Positions 9,285 to 17,701 of a stretch of DNA of 51,448 bases are shown here, piece by piece. The notes beneath the pieces are model-generated. The model had not been told where the DNA came from, did not search any database, and saw nothing but the letters and a program-made list of their open reading frames with translations. The stretch's first letter is position 1. Every line of letters begins with the position of its first letter. The DNA comes from a virus (Duplodnaviria; Caudoviricetes), in the IMG/VR virus record IMGVR_UViG_3300012923_000003, positions 1-51,448 of that record. The stretch is one strand, 5' to 3'. The translations under genes were made by a program, and so were the position numbers.

Positions 9285-9498
9285 CGAAGAACATCGTTCA
9301 GTGACTGGGATAATCCATAATACCAATGATCAAAAGGAATACCCTGAAGGGGAGAAATATTCTATTTTAAATTACAAAGCTAGATTACACTATCCGGCAT
9401 TCGACGTTGATCCTGTGGCCAACAAAGAACACTGGTTAGTTGAAACACACTTAGGCAACTTCTTTGTCCTATATACATCTCAAGAGCGTAAAGAATGA
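9235..9498 (+). CDS. Hypothetical protein
   Basis: RBS AGGA; fills the gap before UDG. Confidence 0.65.
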   Translation: MGYNLKIICELKQWRLNEEHRSVTGIIHNTNDQKEYPEGEKYSILNYKARLHYPAFDVDPVANKEHWLVETHLGNFFVLYTSQERKE

Positions 9499-9501
9499 CC
9501 T

Positions 9502-10308
9502 ATGATCTATCCGTGGAAACTTAACTTCTGGCAATCCGGTGAATGGCAGGTGTGCAATGAGAGGCTTAAAGATTTGGAAAAGGCTGGTACTACATACAAC
9601 CCTACGCGGGCAGATTTGTTCGCAGCTCTTCGAGCAACATCAGATCGCGATGTTCGCGTCGCGATTATCGGACAGGACCCGTACCCCGATAGCAGATATG
9701 CCACCGGTTTTGCTTTCTCCATTGCAAGAAGCTTCAATCCAAATGAGTTTCCACCAACCCTCAACGTCATCTTCAAAGAATATGTCGCCGACCTCGGATA
9801 CCCCTTTCCACGTTGTGGTGATCTCAGCCAATGGACAGCACAAGGAGTGCTTCTTTGGAACGCGGTCCCAACTTGTCAGTCAGGTCGATCTCTTTCTCAG
9901 GACTGGGACGAGTATTCCTTCCTTACAAAGGAGATCATTCAGCGTCTGTCTCAACGAGGTGTGGTGTTTGCATTTCTCGGGGCAGTTGCAAAACGGTATT
10001 TAGAATATGTTGATTTGACCAACAATGAGATCATCTTAACATCCCATCCATCACCACGTGCCAACAGGTTTTCAAGGACTCCGTTCGAAGGGTCCAGGTT
10101 GTTCTCAACCATCAATGATAAACTAATCTCTCAAGGCCTAGCTCCTATAAATTGGAGATTGGACGATGTACCAGATCGGAAGAACTCAGGTGAAACGGAA
10201 GTTCGGCAACATGGACGTGTATGGCATAGTAAACGATCTCTATCGTGGCAACCGGGGCAAGCTACTGGTGGAAGTAATAGCGACGGGCGGTTGGTGGTTC
10301 ATGAGTGA
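9502..10308 (+). CDS. ung: Uracil-DNA glycosylase, family 1
   Basis: VAIIGQDPY, ATGFAFS, GVLLWN, HPSPR, PINW. Confidence 0.93.
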   Translation: MIYPWKLNFWQSGEWQVCNERLKDLEKAGTTYNPTRADLFAALRATSDRDVRVAIIGQDPYPDSRYATGFAFSIARSFNPNEFPPTLNVIFKEYVADLGYPFPRCGDLSQWTAQGVLLWNAVPTCQSGRSLSQDWDEYSFLTKEIIQRLSQRGVVFAFLGAVAKRYLEYVDLTNNEIILTSHPSPRANRFSRTPFEGSRLFSTINDKLISQGLAPINWRLDDVPDRKNSGETEVRQHGRVWHSKRSLSWQPGQATGGSNSDGRLVVHE

Positions 10309-10372
10309 TCCCAGTCATTTGGAGATCATTAATGAGGAAGACAAATCAATACGTACTAAAACTGTGCGGTAA
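10166..10372 (+). CDS. Hypothetical protein overlapping the UDG tail
   Basis: RBS GGAG at 10155; begins where the UDG domain ends. Confidence 0.55.
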   Translation: MYQIGRTQVKRKFGNMDVYGIVNDLYRGNRGKLLVEVIATGGWWFMSDPSHLEIINEEDKSIRTKTVR

Positions 10373-10426
10373 ATTTTAGAGGCAGTACTAAATATATAAA
10401 TTCAGGTAAAATCTAGTCAACAGTCA

Positions 10427-10483
10427 TTTTCCCGGTGTCTAGGTACCTGGGACCAGAAATAACGCACCACGGGCCTTCCTAGG
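10427..10483 (+). repeat. Dispersed 57-bp motif, copy A
   Basis: TTTYYCCGGT-N5-GGTAC-N14-AACGCAYCA-N8-CNTAGG; also at 20991-21047 (+) and 50511-50567 (-). Confidence 0.75.
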
Positions 10484-10515
10484 CCTTCCTACGGCCTATC
10501 TAGAAGGAGTGGACC

Positions 10516-10830
10516 ATGCTTAAATTGGTCGTAAACAACAACAAGACTGAGGAAGAGGTTGAGCAGCCTCGACTTCGGCTTGCTGGCAAAGGTCCTACTA
10601 GTTGGGACTGGCTCAGTTCGATGGAGTCAGGCACTGAGTTTCTATGCAGTCATAAGTCGCAGCAATCTTGGTTGTTGACAAGCTTTACTCATGGAGGTAA
10701 GAAGGAAGGCGCAGTACTATTAATACCTACTGCTACAATGAACAATCATACGAGTTGGATCTGGGTTGATCCTGTTGAATTCTGTAAAGTATTTGAACTA
10801 AGAGGAATATTGGAAGTACCTGATGGATAA
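10516..10830 (+). CDS. Hypothetical protein
   Basis: RBS AAGGAG. Confidence 0.75.
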   Translation: MLKLVVNNNKTEEEVEQPRLRLAGKGPTSWDWLSSMESGTEFLCSHKSQQSWLLTSFTHGGKKEGAVLLIPTATMNNHTSWIWVDPVEFCKVFELRGILEVPDG

Positions 10831-11023
10831 TATTATTTTAATGGAAGAACAAGCAATGTGGTGGACCATGACCATGTTGAAGAAATCTATTAGTCATATG
10901 AAAAGAAAGAATACTGAAGGACAATACGACATTGCAATTATCAAAGAACAGAATATACTTAGGTCATTCTTTGAGCAAGCGCTCAAGAAGCCAGAAGCTG
11001 AGATCACAGAGATCGCAGCCTAA
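10823..11023 (+). CDS. Hypothetical protein
   Basis: Coupled ORF. Confidence 0.6.
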   Translation: MDNIILMEEQAMWWTMTMLKKSISHMKRKNTEGQYDIAIIKEQNILRSFFEQALKKPEAEITEIAA

Positions 11024-11057
11024 CAAATCCCAAGTGGGGATTAATCAGGAGCTACGA

Positions 11058-11168
11058 ATGTATACCAGCAAGACCACTGAGATCATCATTGCTTGTGCCG
11101 CGATGACTGTCGTCGTCGTCGGCATCATCTACTTCTACCTCCACGCCGTGCCACTCCCTATTCATTAA
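11058..11168 (+). CDS. Small membrane protein (36 aa)
   Basis: RBS AGGAG before ATG 11058; single hydrophobic helix. Confidence 0.6.
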   Translation: MYTSKTTEIIIACAAMTVVVVGIIYFYLHAVPLPIH

Positions 11169-11178
11169 CACAAGAGAT

Positions 11179-11213
11179 ACCCTCGCGCGGTCTCCTCTCT
11201 CCCGCGCGGGGGT
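11179..11213 (+). other. GC-rich hairpin with TCTCCTCTCTC loop
   Basis: 12-bp stem 11179-90/11202-13. Confidence 0.7.
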
Positions 11214-11228
11214 TACTTTGGAGATACA

Positions 11229-11432
11229 ATGAATGATTTATTCAATTTAATCTGTAAATTAAATGCTACTGGCATTAGTTGGTCTATAGATAAATACCCT
11301 GGATATTATGTAGCCAGAGTTAATTCTTATCATGTAGTTAAACGTGAATACATTGATGATCTCTTCAATACAATGATTGAATTAGCTAATAGTCCCGAAC
11401 GTCCTCCCATTGTAAATGGATGGGATGATTGA
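11229..11432 (+). CDS. Hypothetical protein
   Basis: RBS GGAG; coupled to polA. Confidence 0.65.
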   Translation: MNDLFNLICKLNATGISWSIDKYPGYYVARVNSYHVVKREYIDDLFNTMIELANSPERPPIVNGWDD

Positions 11433-13381
11433 AGGTTGTAATCGACATTGAAACCAATAGTTTAAACAATCCTAGTCAGATATGGCTGATTGTTTGTAAA
11501 GAAATTGAGACTGAAACCTATCAGATTTTCAGAAATTTAACCACCGACGATACCGAAAGGAAAAGATTTAATGACTTCAGATCAGATCCAACTATACACT
11601 GGATTGGCCATAACTTTCTTGGGTATGATCACCCTGTGCTCGTGGCTCACGACCTCTTATGTTCTGGGGATATACAATGCACTGATACCCTCATCATATC
11701 CAAGATGGTCGACTACCCGAGACCTGGACACTCCATTGAAGACTATGGTTTGGAGTTCCAATATCCGAAGATAAAGTTTAATGATTGGACTAAGTATTCT
11801 CAAGAGATGGAGGATTACTGTGTTAGAGATGTGGACATCTGTCACAAGATATATCAAAAATACTCCAGGTATGTCTCTAACCCTATACATAAACCTTCTA
11901 TTAATCTTGAGCATGACTTTCAGATTATTGTTAACAACCTTCATAGCAATGGTTTTAGCTTCAATAGGGATAAGGCTATTCGATTACTTACTAAGGTACA
12001 AGAAGACTTAGCTATACTAGATAAAGATATCTTAGAAGCTTTTCCCCCTAAGCTTAAGCTTATACGTGAGATAACTCCCAAGGAGACTAAGTATGGCACT
12101 ATTAGTCTTACTTCAATTCCTAAGGAAATGCGCAATGATATCTCTGATCTTAGTGTTGGCAGTCCTTTCTGCTATTGCCATTGGCATAGCTTTAATCCAA
12201 GTTCTCATAAGCAGATTATTGAAATACTTGGAGAAGCAGGATGGCGACCAGTAGATAAAACTGACACTCACATTGAGACTGAGAGAGAGCTAGGTAAATT
12301 AAGATATACTAAGAGAACTCCTGAGCTTGACATACATATCAAACAGTTGTATGCTAAGCTTGAAATAATGAAGAAGGCTGGATGGAAGATCAACGAGAAG
12401 AACCTCGATACTTTACCAGGAACAGCCCCGCTATCCGCTCGCAGTCTTGCGAAGCGTATCCTCCTTGAGTCCAGACGCCGTACGCTTACCGAATGGCTGG
12501 CATTAGTACAACCAGACGCCCGTATCCACGGTAAGTTCTATGGGATAGGCGCCTGGACTCATAGGATGGCTCACCGTAATCCCAATACTGCTAACATACC
12601 AAATGATCTAAATGGAATAGGTCATAAAGTTTTATACGGCAAGGAACTACGTTCTTTCTGGTGCGCACCTAAGAACCGATTACTAGTCGGCGTGGATGCA
12701 GAAGGTATCCAGTTGCGCATCTTTGCTCATTACATCGATGATCCCGAATTCACCGAAGCATTGGTCAATGGTAAAAAGGAGAACAAAAGTGATCCTCACT
12801 CCCTTAACCAGAGAATACTTGGACCAGTCTGCAAGTCGCGCCAGAGTGCTAAGAGGTTCGTTTACGCCCTACTTCTCGGCGCTGGCAACGGAAAGCTTAC
12901 CGAGATATTGGAATGTTCAAGAGAGGAAGCTGATGCCGCTCTTGAACGCCTTATGGATAGATACCAAGGTTTCACATATCTCAAACGAACTGCCATACCA
13001 GCGGATGCGAAACGTGGATGGTTTCGAGGACTCGATGGCAGAGCTGTTAGGATATTTGGCGAAACGGTCAGTGAGAGAAGACACTTATGTATGTCTGGCT
13101 ATCTTCAGAACGGTGAGGCTATTGTAATGAAGCGAGCTACACTTAAGTGGCATGACTTACTTAAGCAAGACAATGCTATCTTAGTAAACTTAGTTCATGA
13201 TGAATGGCAAACAGAAGTCCCCAACGATATGGAGGTAGCATTACGAGTAGCACAGATGCAGGCAGACAGCCTACGCGAAGTAGGTGAAGAACTTAATCTC
13301 AAATGTCCATTAGCAGGAAGCTACTGGAATGATGATCATAAAGATTATACAATTGACAAGGATTGGAGTAAAACACATTGA
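11429..13381 (+). CDS. polA: DNA polymerase family A with 3'-5' exonuclease
   Basis: Exo motifs IDIET, GHNFLGYD, YCVRD; motif A DAEGIQLR; motif B KRFVYALLLG; motif C VHDE. Confidence 0.97.
   Translation: MKVVIDIETNSLNNPSQIWLIVCKEIETETYQIFRNLTTDDTERKRFNDFRSDPTIHWIGHNFLGYDHPVLVAHDLLCSGDIQCTDTLIISKMVDYPRPGHSIEDYGLEFQYPKIKFNDWTKYSQEMEDYCVRDVDICHKIYQKYSRYVSNPIHKPSINLEHDFQIIVNNLHSNGFSFNRDKAIRLLTKVQEDLAILDKDILEAFPPKLKLIREITPKETKYGTISLTSIPKEMRNDISDLSVGSPFCYCHWHSFNPSSHKQIIEILGEAGWRPVDKTDTHIETERELGKLRYTKRTPELDIHIKQLYAKLEIMKKAGWKINEKNLDTLPGTAPLSARSLAKRILLESRRRTLTEWLALVQPDARIHGKFYGIGAWTHRMAHRNPNTANIPNDLNGIGHKVLYGKELRSFWCAPKNRLLVGVDAEGIQLRIFAHYIDDPEFTEALVNGKKENKSDPHSLNQRILGPVCKSRQSAKRFVYALLLGAGNGKLTEILECSREEADAALERLMDRYQGFTYLKRTAIPADAKRGWFRGLDGRAVRIFGETVSERRHLCMSGYLQNGEAIVMKRATLKWHDLLKQDNAILVNLVHDEWQTEVPNDMEVALRVAQMQADSLREVGEELNLKCPLAGSYWNDDHKDYTIDKDWSKTH
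12327..12355 (+). promoter_or_regulatory. Putative internal sigma70 promoter within polA
   Basis: TTGACA-17-TATGCT. Confidence 0.45.
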
Positions 13382-13505
13382 GTGATATTGATGAACTTAT
13401 ACAAAGGATGGATACTGAAGGTTCAGCATCTACTTTCAATCAAAGAGAAATTGATCTGATGATTGATGCTCTAGTCTTCTATAAAGAAATGCAGGTTATA
13501 CAATA

Positions 13506-13733
13506 ATGTTACACGCAAGAGAAGATTATAATAGATTTCAAGATCCTGCGGGATTGATACCCGAAGATGAACCTGTGTTTCTACTTAGAGCACAAGATAA
13601 ATTGGCATGGCATATCGTAAAGATGTATGCATTTTGTGCTGAATTAATTGGTCAACATCAATTGGCAGAAGTATGTAATACTCATGCCAAGAAAATGAAA
13701 GAATGGCCAATTAAAAAGACACCAGATTTATAA
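13506..13733 (+). CDS. Conserved-looking phage hypothetical protein
   Basis: PEDEPVFLLRAQDKLA pattern; RBS AGGT. Confidence 0.7.
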   Translation: MLHAREDYNRFQDPAGLIPEDEPVFLLRAQDKLAWHIVKMYAFCAELIGQHQLAEVCNTHAKKMKEWPIKKTPDL

Positions 13734-13744
13734 GGATAATACAA

Positions 13745-14239
13745 TTGGTTAAATACGGTAAGACAGAAACAGTTTATGTTCAAGGCAAGGTATCTTGGTT
13801 TAGAAACAAGACACCTAACCAATGGAATAAATACGCAGTTCAAATTCATCCTAATGTCAAAGACTTAGAAGTCATTCGTGAACTTCAATCCCAAGGCTTA
13901 AAGAATGTAATTAAGAAAGATGATGATGGATACTATATTAGCTTCACTAGACCGGTGACTAAAGAATATCAGTCTGGTAGAATACAAAGCTATGCACCAC
14001 CTACAGTGACTGATAAAGATGGTAACATCTATGAAGGTCAGGTAGGTAATGGCAGTGATGCTACTTTGAAGCTTGAAGTCTATGAGCATGCTACCCCAGG
14101 TGGTAAGAAAGCCAAAGCTGCTCGGTGGGTATCAGCTCGGATAGATAATTTAGTACCTTTTGAAACTGAGACAGATACTTTCCCTGAACAGAAGGTAGCC
14201 ATCGAAGGATTAAAGGAACAACCTGAACAGTTATTCTAA
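13745..14239 (+). CDS. Single-stranded DNA-binding protein (putative)
   Basis: Position after polA; GKVSW, PxVxD and VGNGSDATL; acidic C-terminus ending in F. Confidence 0.75.
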   Translation: MVKYGKTETVYVQGKVSWFRNKTPNQWNKYAVQIHPNVKDLEVIRELQSQGLKNVIKKDDDGYYISFTRPVTKEYQSGRIQSYAPPTVTDKDGNIYEGQVGNGSDATLKLEVYEHATPGGKKAKAARWVSARIDNLVPFETETDTFPEQKVAIEGLKEQPEQLF

Positions 14240-15720
14240 TCCTCCAGAATACTAGTTGACTGGAGTGCCACATATCTCTCGTGTGCTAAGGATCCCGTAG
14301 GGCACCGGCGAGGGAAGCCCAACTAATACTTAATTCTACAGCATGAACCCTACACGCTTCCAGAAAGCTTACTAAGAAGTAAGCAACCCCACCCTCTGGT
14401 CGGACTCAGGTACCGGGCTGTATGAACCTCGGATATAGTCCGAGAGGAAATGAACCAATGTGACTTCCCTACTGGGAATGTAACCATCAGGGTGACAACC
14501 TTAAAGTCAGCAATAGCCCAGGAAGATCGGTGCAAATCCGATAGAGGTTACCAAGGGGTCTACTTCTTAGGTAGATAAATCCTCTACTGTTCAAGGCGGT
14601 ACTGGTGAGCAAGATGGTGAGCAAAGGTAGCGAGCACAACCGTAAACCAGTCTCATTAGCTGGAGCGGCAGATAGCAAATAGAACGCGTATGTGGCGGCT
14701 ATGGTGCATAGTATGTCTAACCTCTGTAGAGGACGCGCATGAGGATAAAGGACTTGTCTTAAATGGCTAACAAGCTGAAGCGGTCTGAAGTTTGACTAGG
14801 TGTACGGAATAAAGGTTGATCTACCACTCCCTGTTGGTTCGATTCCAACACTCCGTGGGACGGAGACTGGCGGCAATGGTGGCGCGCATAAAGCTGAGCA
14901 AGTTTCGGTGCGATGCCGATAGAGCTTGAGTAGCAGATGGCTCAGTTAGTACCCGTGTAGTAGATGGATAGATGACCGAGGGACGTAGGCACTGTGAAAG
15001 GTGTCAATGCTGGTTCGAGTCCAGTCCTAGTATGTGTCGTAATGTAGTAGGCTTGTGATAAAAGCGAGATCCGAACTGGGAACACCATCAGTGACTGGTG
15101 TAGCGTTAAGGGTAAGAGATACCTCTCAGCCTCTCTGACCCCACTGTTACCACTGTTCGAGTAAGGTTGGCGCTCTAGATGTGAGTGACTCTTGAATACC
15201 CACACCCTTCAACATAGTCCTGAACCTACCCTAGACGGCCCTGTGGTTCTGGTCGCGTAGACGCAGCATTTCTTGTACCGCACACTGGATACGGATAACC
15301 TCCAGGCCTATGAGCGGGATGTGCAAGGAGTCGGAAGATCGAGAGATGCGCAGTAGCGAATAGTCTATTCGCAAGACTGGATATAGACTGTCTACATTGA
15401 CAGGGGTATGAACGCCGCGTAAAGATCACCGCGAGACGCGTACCAAGCAACCGACTACTGAGACTAAGCGTACCGCTGAAAAGGAAAGATAAGCATACGC
15501 CGAATAGCAACATAGGACGTATTATAGTAGGTCGTTACATGACTGAGATAATATGCAGTAGCTGGTCCAGCAAGTCCATAGAACTTAACCGTAGGAACAC
15601 CGGACTAGTGTTCAACTGCATGGAGGATGTACCGTGAATATTCGTTCCTCACAGCAGAAACCCAGACCTCCTTAAGAAAATCAACAGGCAGGGGTGGGCC
15701 ACGTTTGAGCCCACCCCAAG
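14240..15720 (+). ncRNA. Candidate giant structured non-coding RNA with multiple tRNA-like T-arms
   Basis: No credible ORF over 1.48 kb; more than 25 helices found by eye, with G.T pairs on the + strand; T-arms at 14526, 14585, 14832, 14905 and 15009; closing GC hairpin 15691-15717. Confidence 0.75.
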
Positions 15721-15739
15721 CTACAAAGGAGAGCGTGCC

Positions 15740-16030
15740 ATGAAGAAGATTATCATGGTCGACCCTAATGATTTCTTCACCGGTCGATCAAAGCGTGATA
15801 TGATCCCAATGGATGATCTAAAAGTATACAAGAAATGGAAGAAGTTCTTGAAAAAGGAAGAAGAAGAGAAGAATAAAGCTAAGAAAGGCCCAGAAGGATG
15901 GTGGGCTAGGAAGTCTGTTGCCGAGAGGACATGTATCATTGCCATCTTTGGTCCGCCAGCAGGCATAGCTTATGTCTTCGGACTACTACAGGTTGCTAAA
16001 CTATTGGCTATATCGGCAGGTGTCCACTGA
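15740..16030 (+). CDS. Hypothetical membrane protein
   Basis: RBS AAGGAG; K/E-rich N-terminus and hydrophobic C-terminus. Confidence 0.75.
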   Translation: MKKIIMVDPNDFFTGRSKRDMIPMDDLKVYKKWKKFLKKEEEEKNKAKKGPEGWWARKSVAERTCIIAIFGPPAGIAYVFGLLQVAKLLAISAGVH

Positions 16031-16890
16031 CAGAAATACGAACATTAATACAAGACATCTACCGAATGGTAGGTAAGGAAGAGAATTGGCTGACAAGTGA
16101 TATCGCTACTCAATTCACGTCTGAACTCACAATTAAACTCCAAGGATCCTTCAGTCCGCAAAGCCGCACTGGCTTACGTCTCAGCGGTCTGGGCCCAAAG
16201 TGCCCGGCACAACTGTGGTACTCAATACATACCCCATTGGCTGCAGAGCCCCTCCCCCCGTGGGCCAGGATCAAATATATCTACGGACACATACTTGAAG
16301 CGCTTGTAATCGCAATGGCCAAAGCCTCCGGCCACGAAGTAACAGGAGAACAAGATGCTGTATCTGTTGATGGGATCATCGGGCACCGAGATTGTGTTAT
16401 CGACGGGTGCATCGTTGATGTTAAGTCTGCTAGCAGCCGTGCTTTCCAAAAGTTCAAGGACGGTTCAATCGCATCCGACGATAGCTTCGGTTATCTTGAT
16501 CAACTTGATGGGTATCTTGTGGGCTCCTTGGATGATCACCTGGTAAGAAATAAGACTACTGCCTATCTATTAGCAATCGATAAACAATTAGGTCACATGG
16601 TGTTATATGAGCATACTGCGCGCGAAGAAAGTATTAGAAAAAGAATTCGAGATTATCGAGATGTCATCGCTCTTGATCGAGCTCCGCAATGCACTTGCGA
16701 AGAAGTACCCGATGGAAAGTCAGGAAACATTAGACTGGGCAATACAGCAAGCTATAACTCGTTTAAGTACCAGTGTCGTCCACAGCTTCGAACCTTTCGC
16801 TATAGCGACGGACTAAGATACTTAACCAAAGTAGTTAGAAAACCTGATGTTCCGGAGATAAATCGTCATGGACAAATCATATATAACTAA
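16027..16890 (+). CDS. PD-(D/E)XK exonuclease (start CTG 16027 or ATG 16066)
   Basis: LRLSGLG..C..LWY, GHILE, GHRDCVIDG.IVDVKS, GY.DQL.GY. Confidence 0.85.
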   Translation: MTEIRTLIQDIYRMVGKEENWLTSDIATQFTSELTIKLQGSFSPQSRTGLRLSGLGPKCPAQLWYSIHTPLAAEPLPPWARIKYIYGHILEALVIAMAKASGHEVTGEQDAVSVDGIIGHRDCVIDGCIVDVKSASSRAFQKFKDGSIASDDSFGYLDQLDGYLVGSLDDHLVRNKTTAYLLAIDKQLGHMVLYEHTAREESIRKRIRDYRDVIALDRAPQCTCEEVPDGKSGNIRLGNTASYNSFKYQCRPQLRTFRYSDGLRYLTKVVRKPDVPEINRHGQIIYN

Positions 16891-17059
16891 CCCTACTCAC
16901 GGCGGTAAAGTTACTTGCCATAAATGTAATGGATTTATCAAAGAAGGAGAAGGAGTTGAATGGGTTAATATTCCTCCTTTAAACCATTTAGTTTACTTTC
17001 ATAAAGAATGTCTCAATAGATATGAGCACTACTACGGTCTGGACAAACCTATTGACTAA
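16868..17059 (+). CDS. Small zinc-binding protein
   Basis: CHKC...YFHKEC; RBS GGAG. Confidence 0.65.
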   Translation: MDKSYITNPTHGGKVTCHKCNGFIKEGEGVEWVNIPPLNHLVYFHKECLNRYEHYYGLDKPID

Positions 17060-17068
17060 TGATATACT
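17040..17068 (+). promoter_or_regulatory. Putative promoter, possibly giving a leaderless endonuclease mRNA
   Basis: TGGACA-17-TATACT; ATG 17074 follows after 5 nt with no SD. Confidence 0.45.
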
Positions 17069-17073
17069 AATAC

Positions 17074-17406
17074 ATGCTACGCAATAAATTCGAGGCTAGA
17101 ATATACGCTAGCCTCAAAGCCAAGAAAATTAAGTTTAAATATGAAGGTGAGAAGATACTGTATCTTATCTCAGGACACTATGTTCCAGACTTCATCATTG
17201 CTACCAGACATGGAAAGATATACGTCGAAACTAAAGGACACTTCCGTCCCGAAGCTAAACGTAAAATGCGCGCCGTAAAGAAACTCAATCCCCAATTAGA
17301 TATTAGAATATTGTTTTACTCATACAGTAAGTCGAGTGTTAAATGGTGCGTCAAGAACAACTTCCCCTATGCCATAGGAGATATCCCCGATGAGTGGCTT
17401 CATTAG
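17074..17406 (+). CDS. Endonuclease I (T7 gp3-like Holliday junction resolvase)
   Basis: RNKFE, YE, YVPDF, YVETKGHF, RKM.AVK. Confidence 0.9.
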   Translation: MLRNKFEARIYASLKAKKIKFKYEGEKILYLISGHYVPDFIIATRHGKIYVETKGHFRPEAKRKMRAVKKLNPQLDIRILFYSYSKSSVKWCVKNNFPYAIGDIPDEWLH

Positions 17407-17551
17407 TTCTTTCATAACTCACACTTTAGCTTTCCTCCTAGGAGCTAGTCTAATCTTCGCTATCTTAGCTCTGGCTATGTCTCAAACATTTGATATCCAT
17501 ACCGCCCACGGCGATGCTGTCTGCTTCATTACTCAGGTGCATAAACCATAA
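17390..17551 (+). CDS. Small membrane protein (53 aa)
   Basis: RBS AGGAG; hydrophobic helix; not in ORF track. Confidence 0.55.
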   Translation: MSGFISSFITHTLAFLLGASLIFAILALAMSQTFDIHTAHGDAVCFITQVHKP

Positions 17552-17701
17552 GTGACTTCCTACGCTACCCTATTAGAAGTATATACCTTGGAAGAATTAC
17601 TTGAACTAAACGATAAGACTGAAGAAGATTGCTTAGAGTTTCTCGTTGAAGAGAAGTTTATTAAGTTACCTACCATTAAACCATTAGACTTTGACGAATG
17701 A
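17552..17701 (+). CDS. Small acidic hypothetical protein (49 aa)
   Basis: GTG start; LEELLELND...; ATGA coupling to the next gene. Confidence 0.55.
   Translation: MTSYATLLEVYTLEELLELNDKTEEDCLEFLVEEKFIKLPTIKPLDFDE

Noticed and set aside
8128-13127. Alternative-frame ORFs inside primase, UDG and PolA
   Set aside because: Shadow ORFs with no RBS or recognisable motifs.
14350-15513. Minus-strand ORFs of 61-95 aa in the ncRNA region
   Set aside because: Antisense to the arm, no clear RBS, atypical composition.
14240-15720. Canonical tRNA cluster, tmRNA or RNase P RNA
   Set aside because: No complete cloverleaf; no tmRNA-type 5' end or tag ORF; GAGGAAA at 14444 is not followed by the RNase P GTCC.
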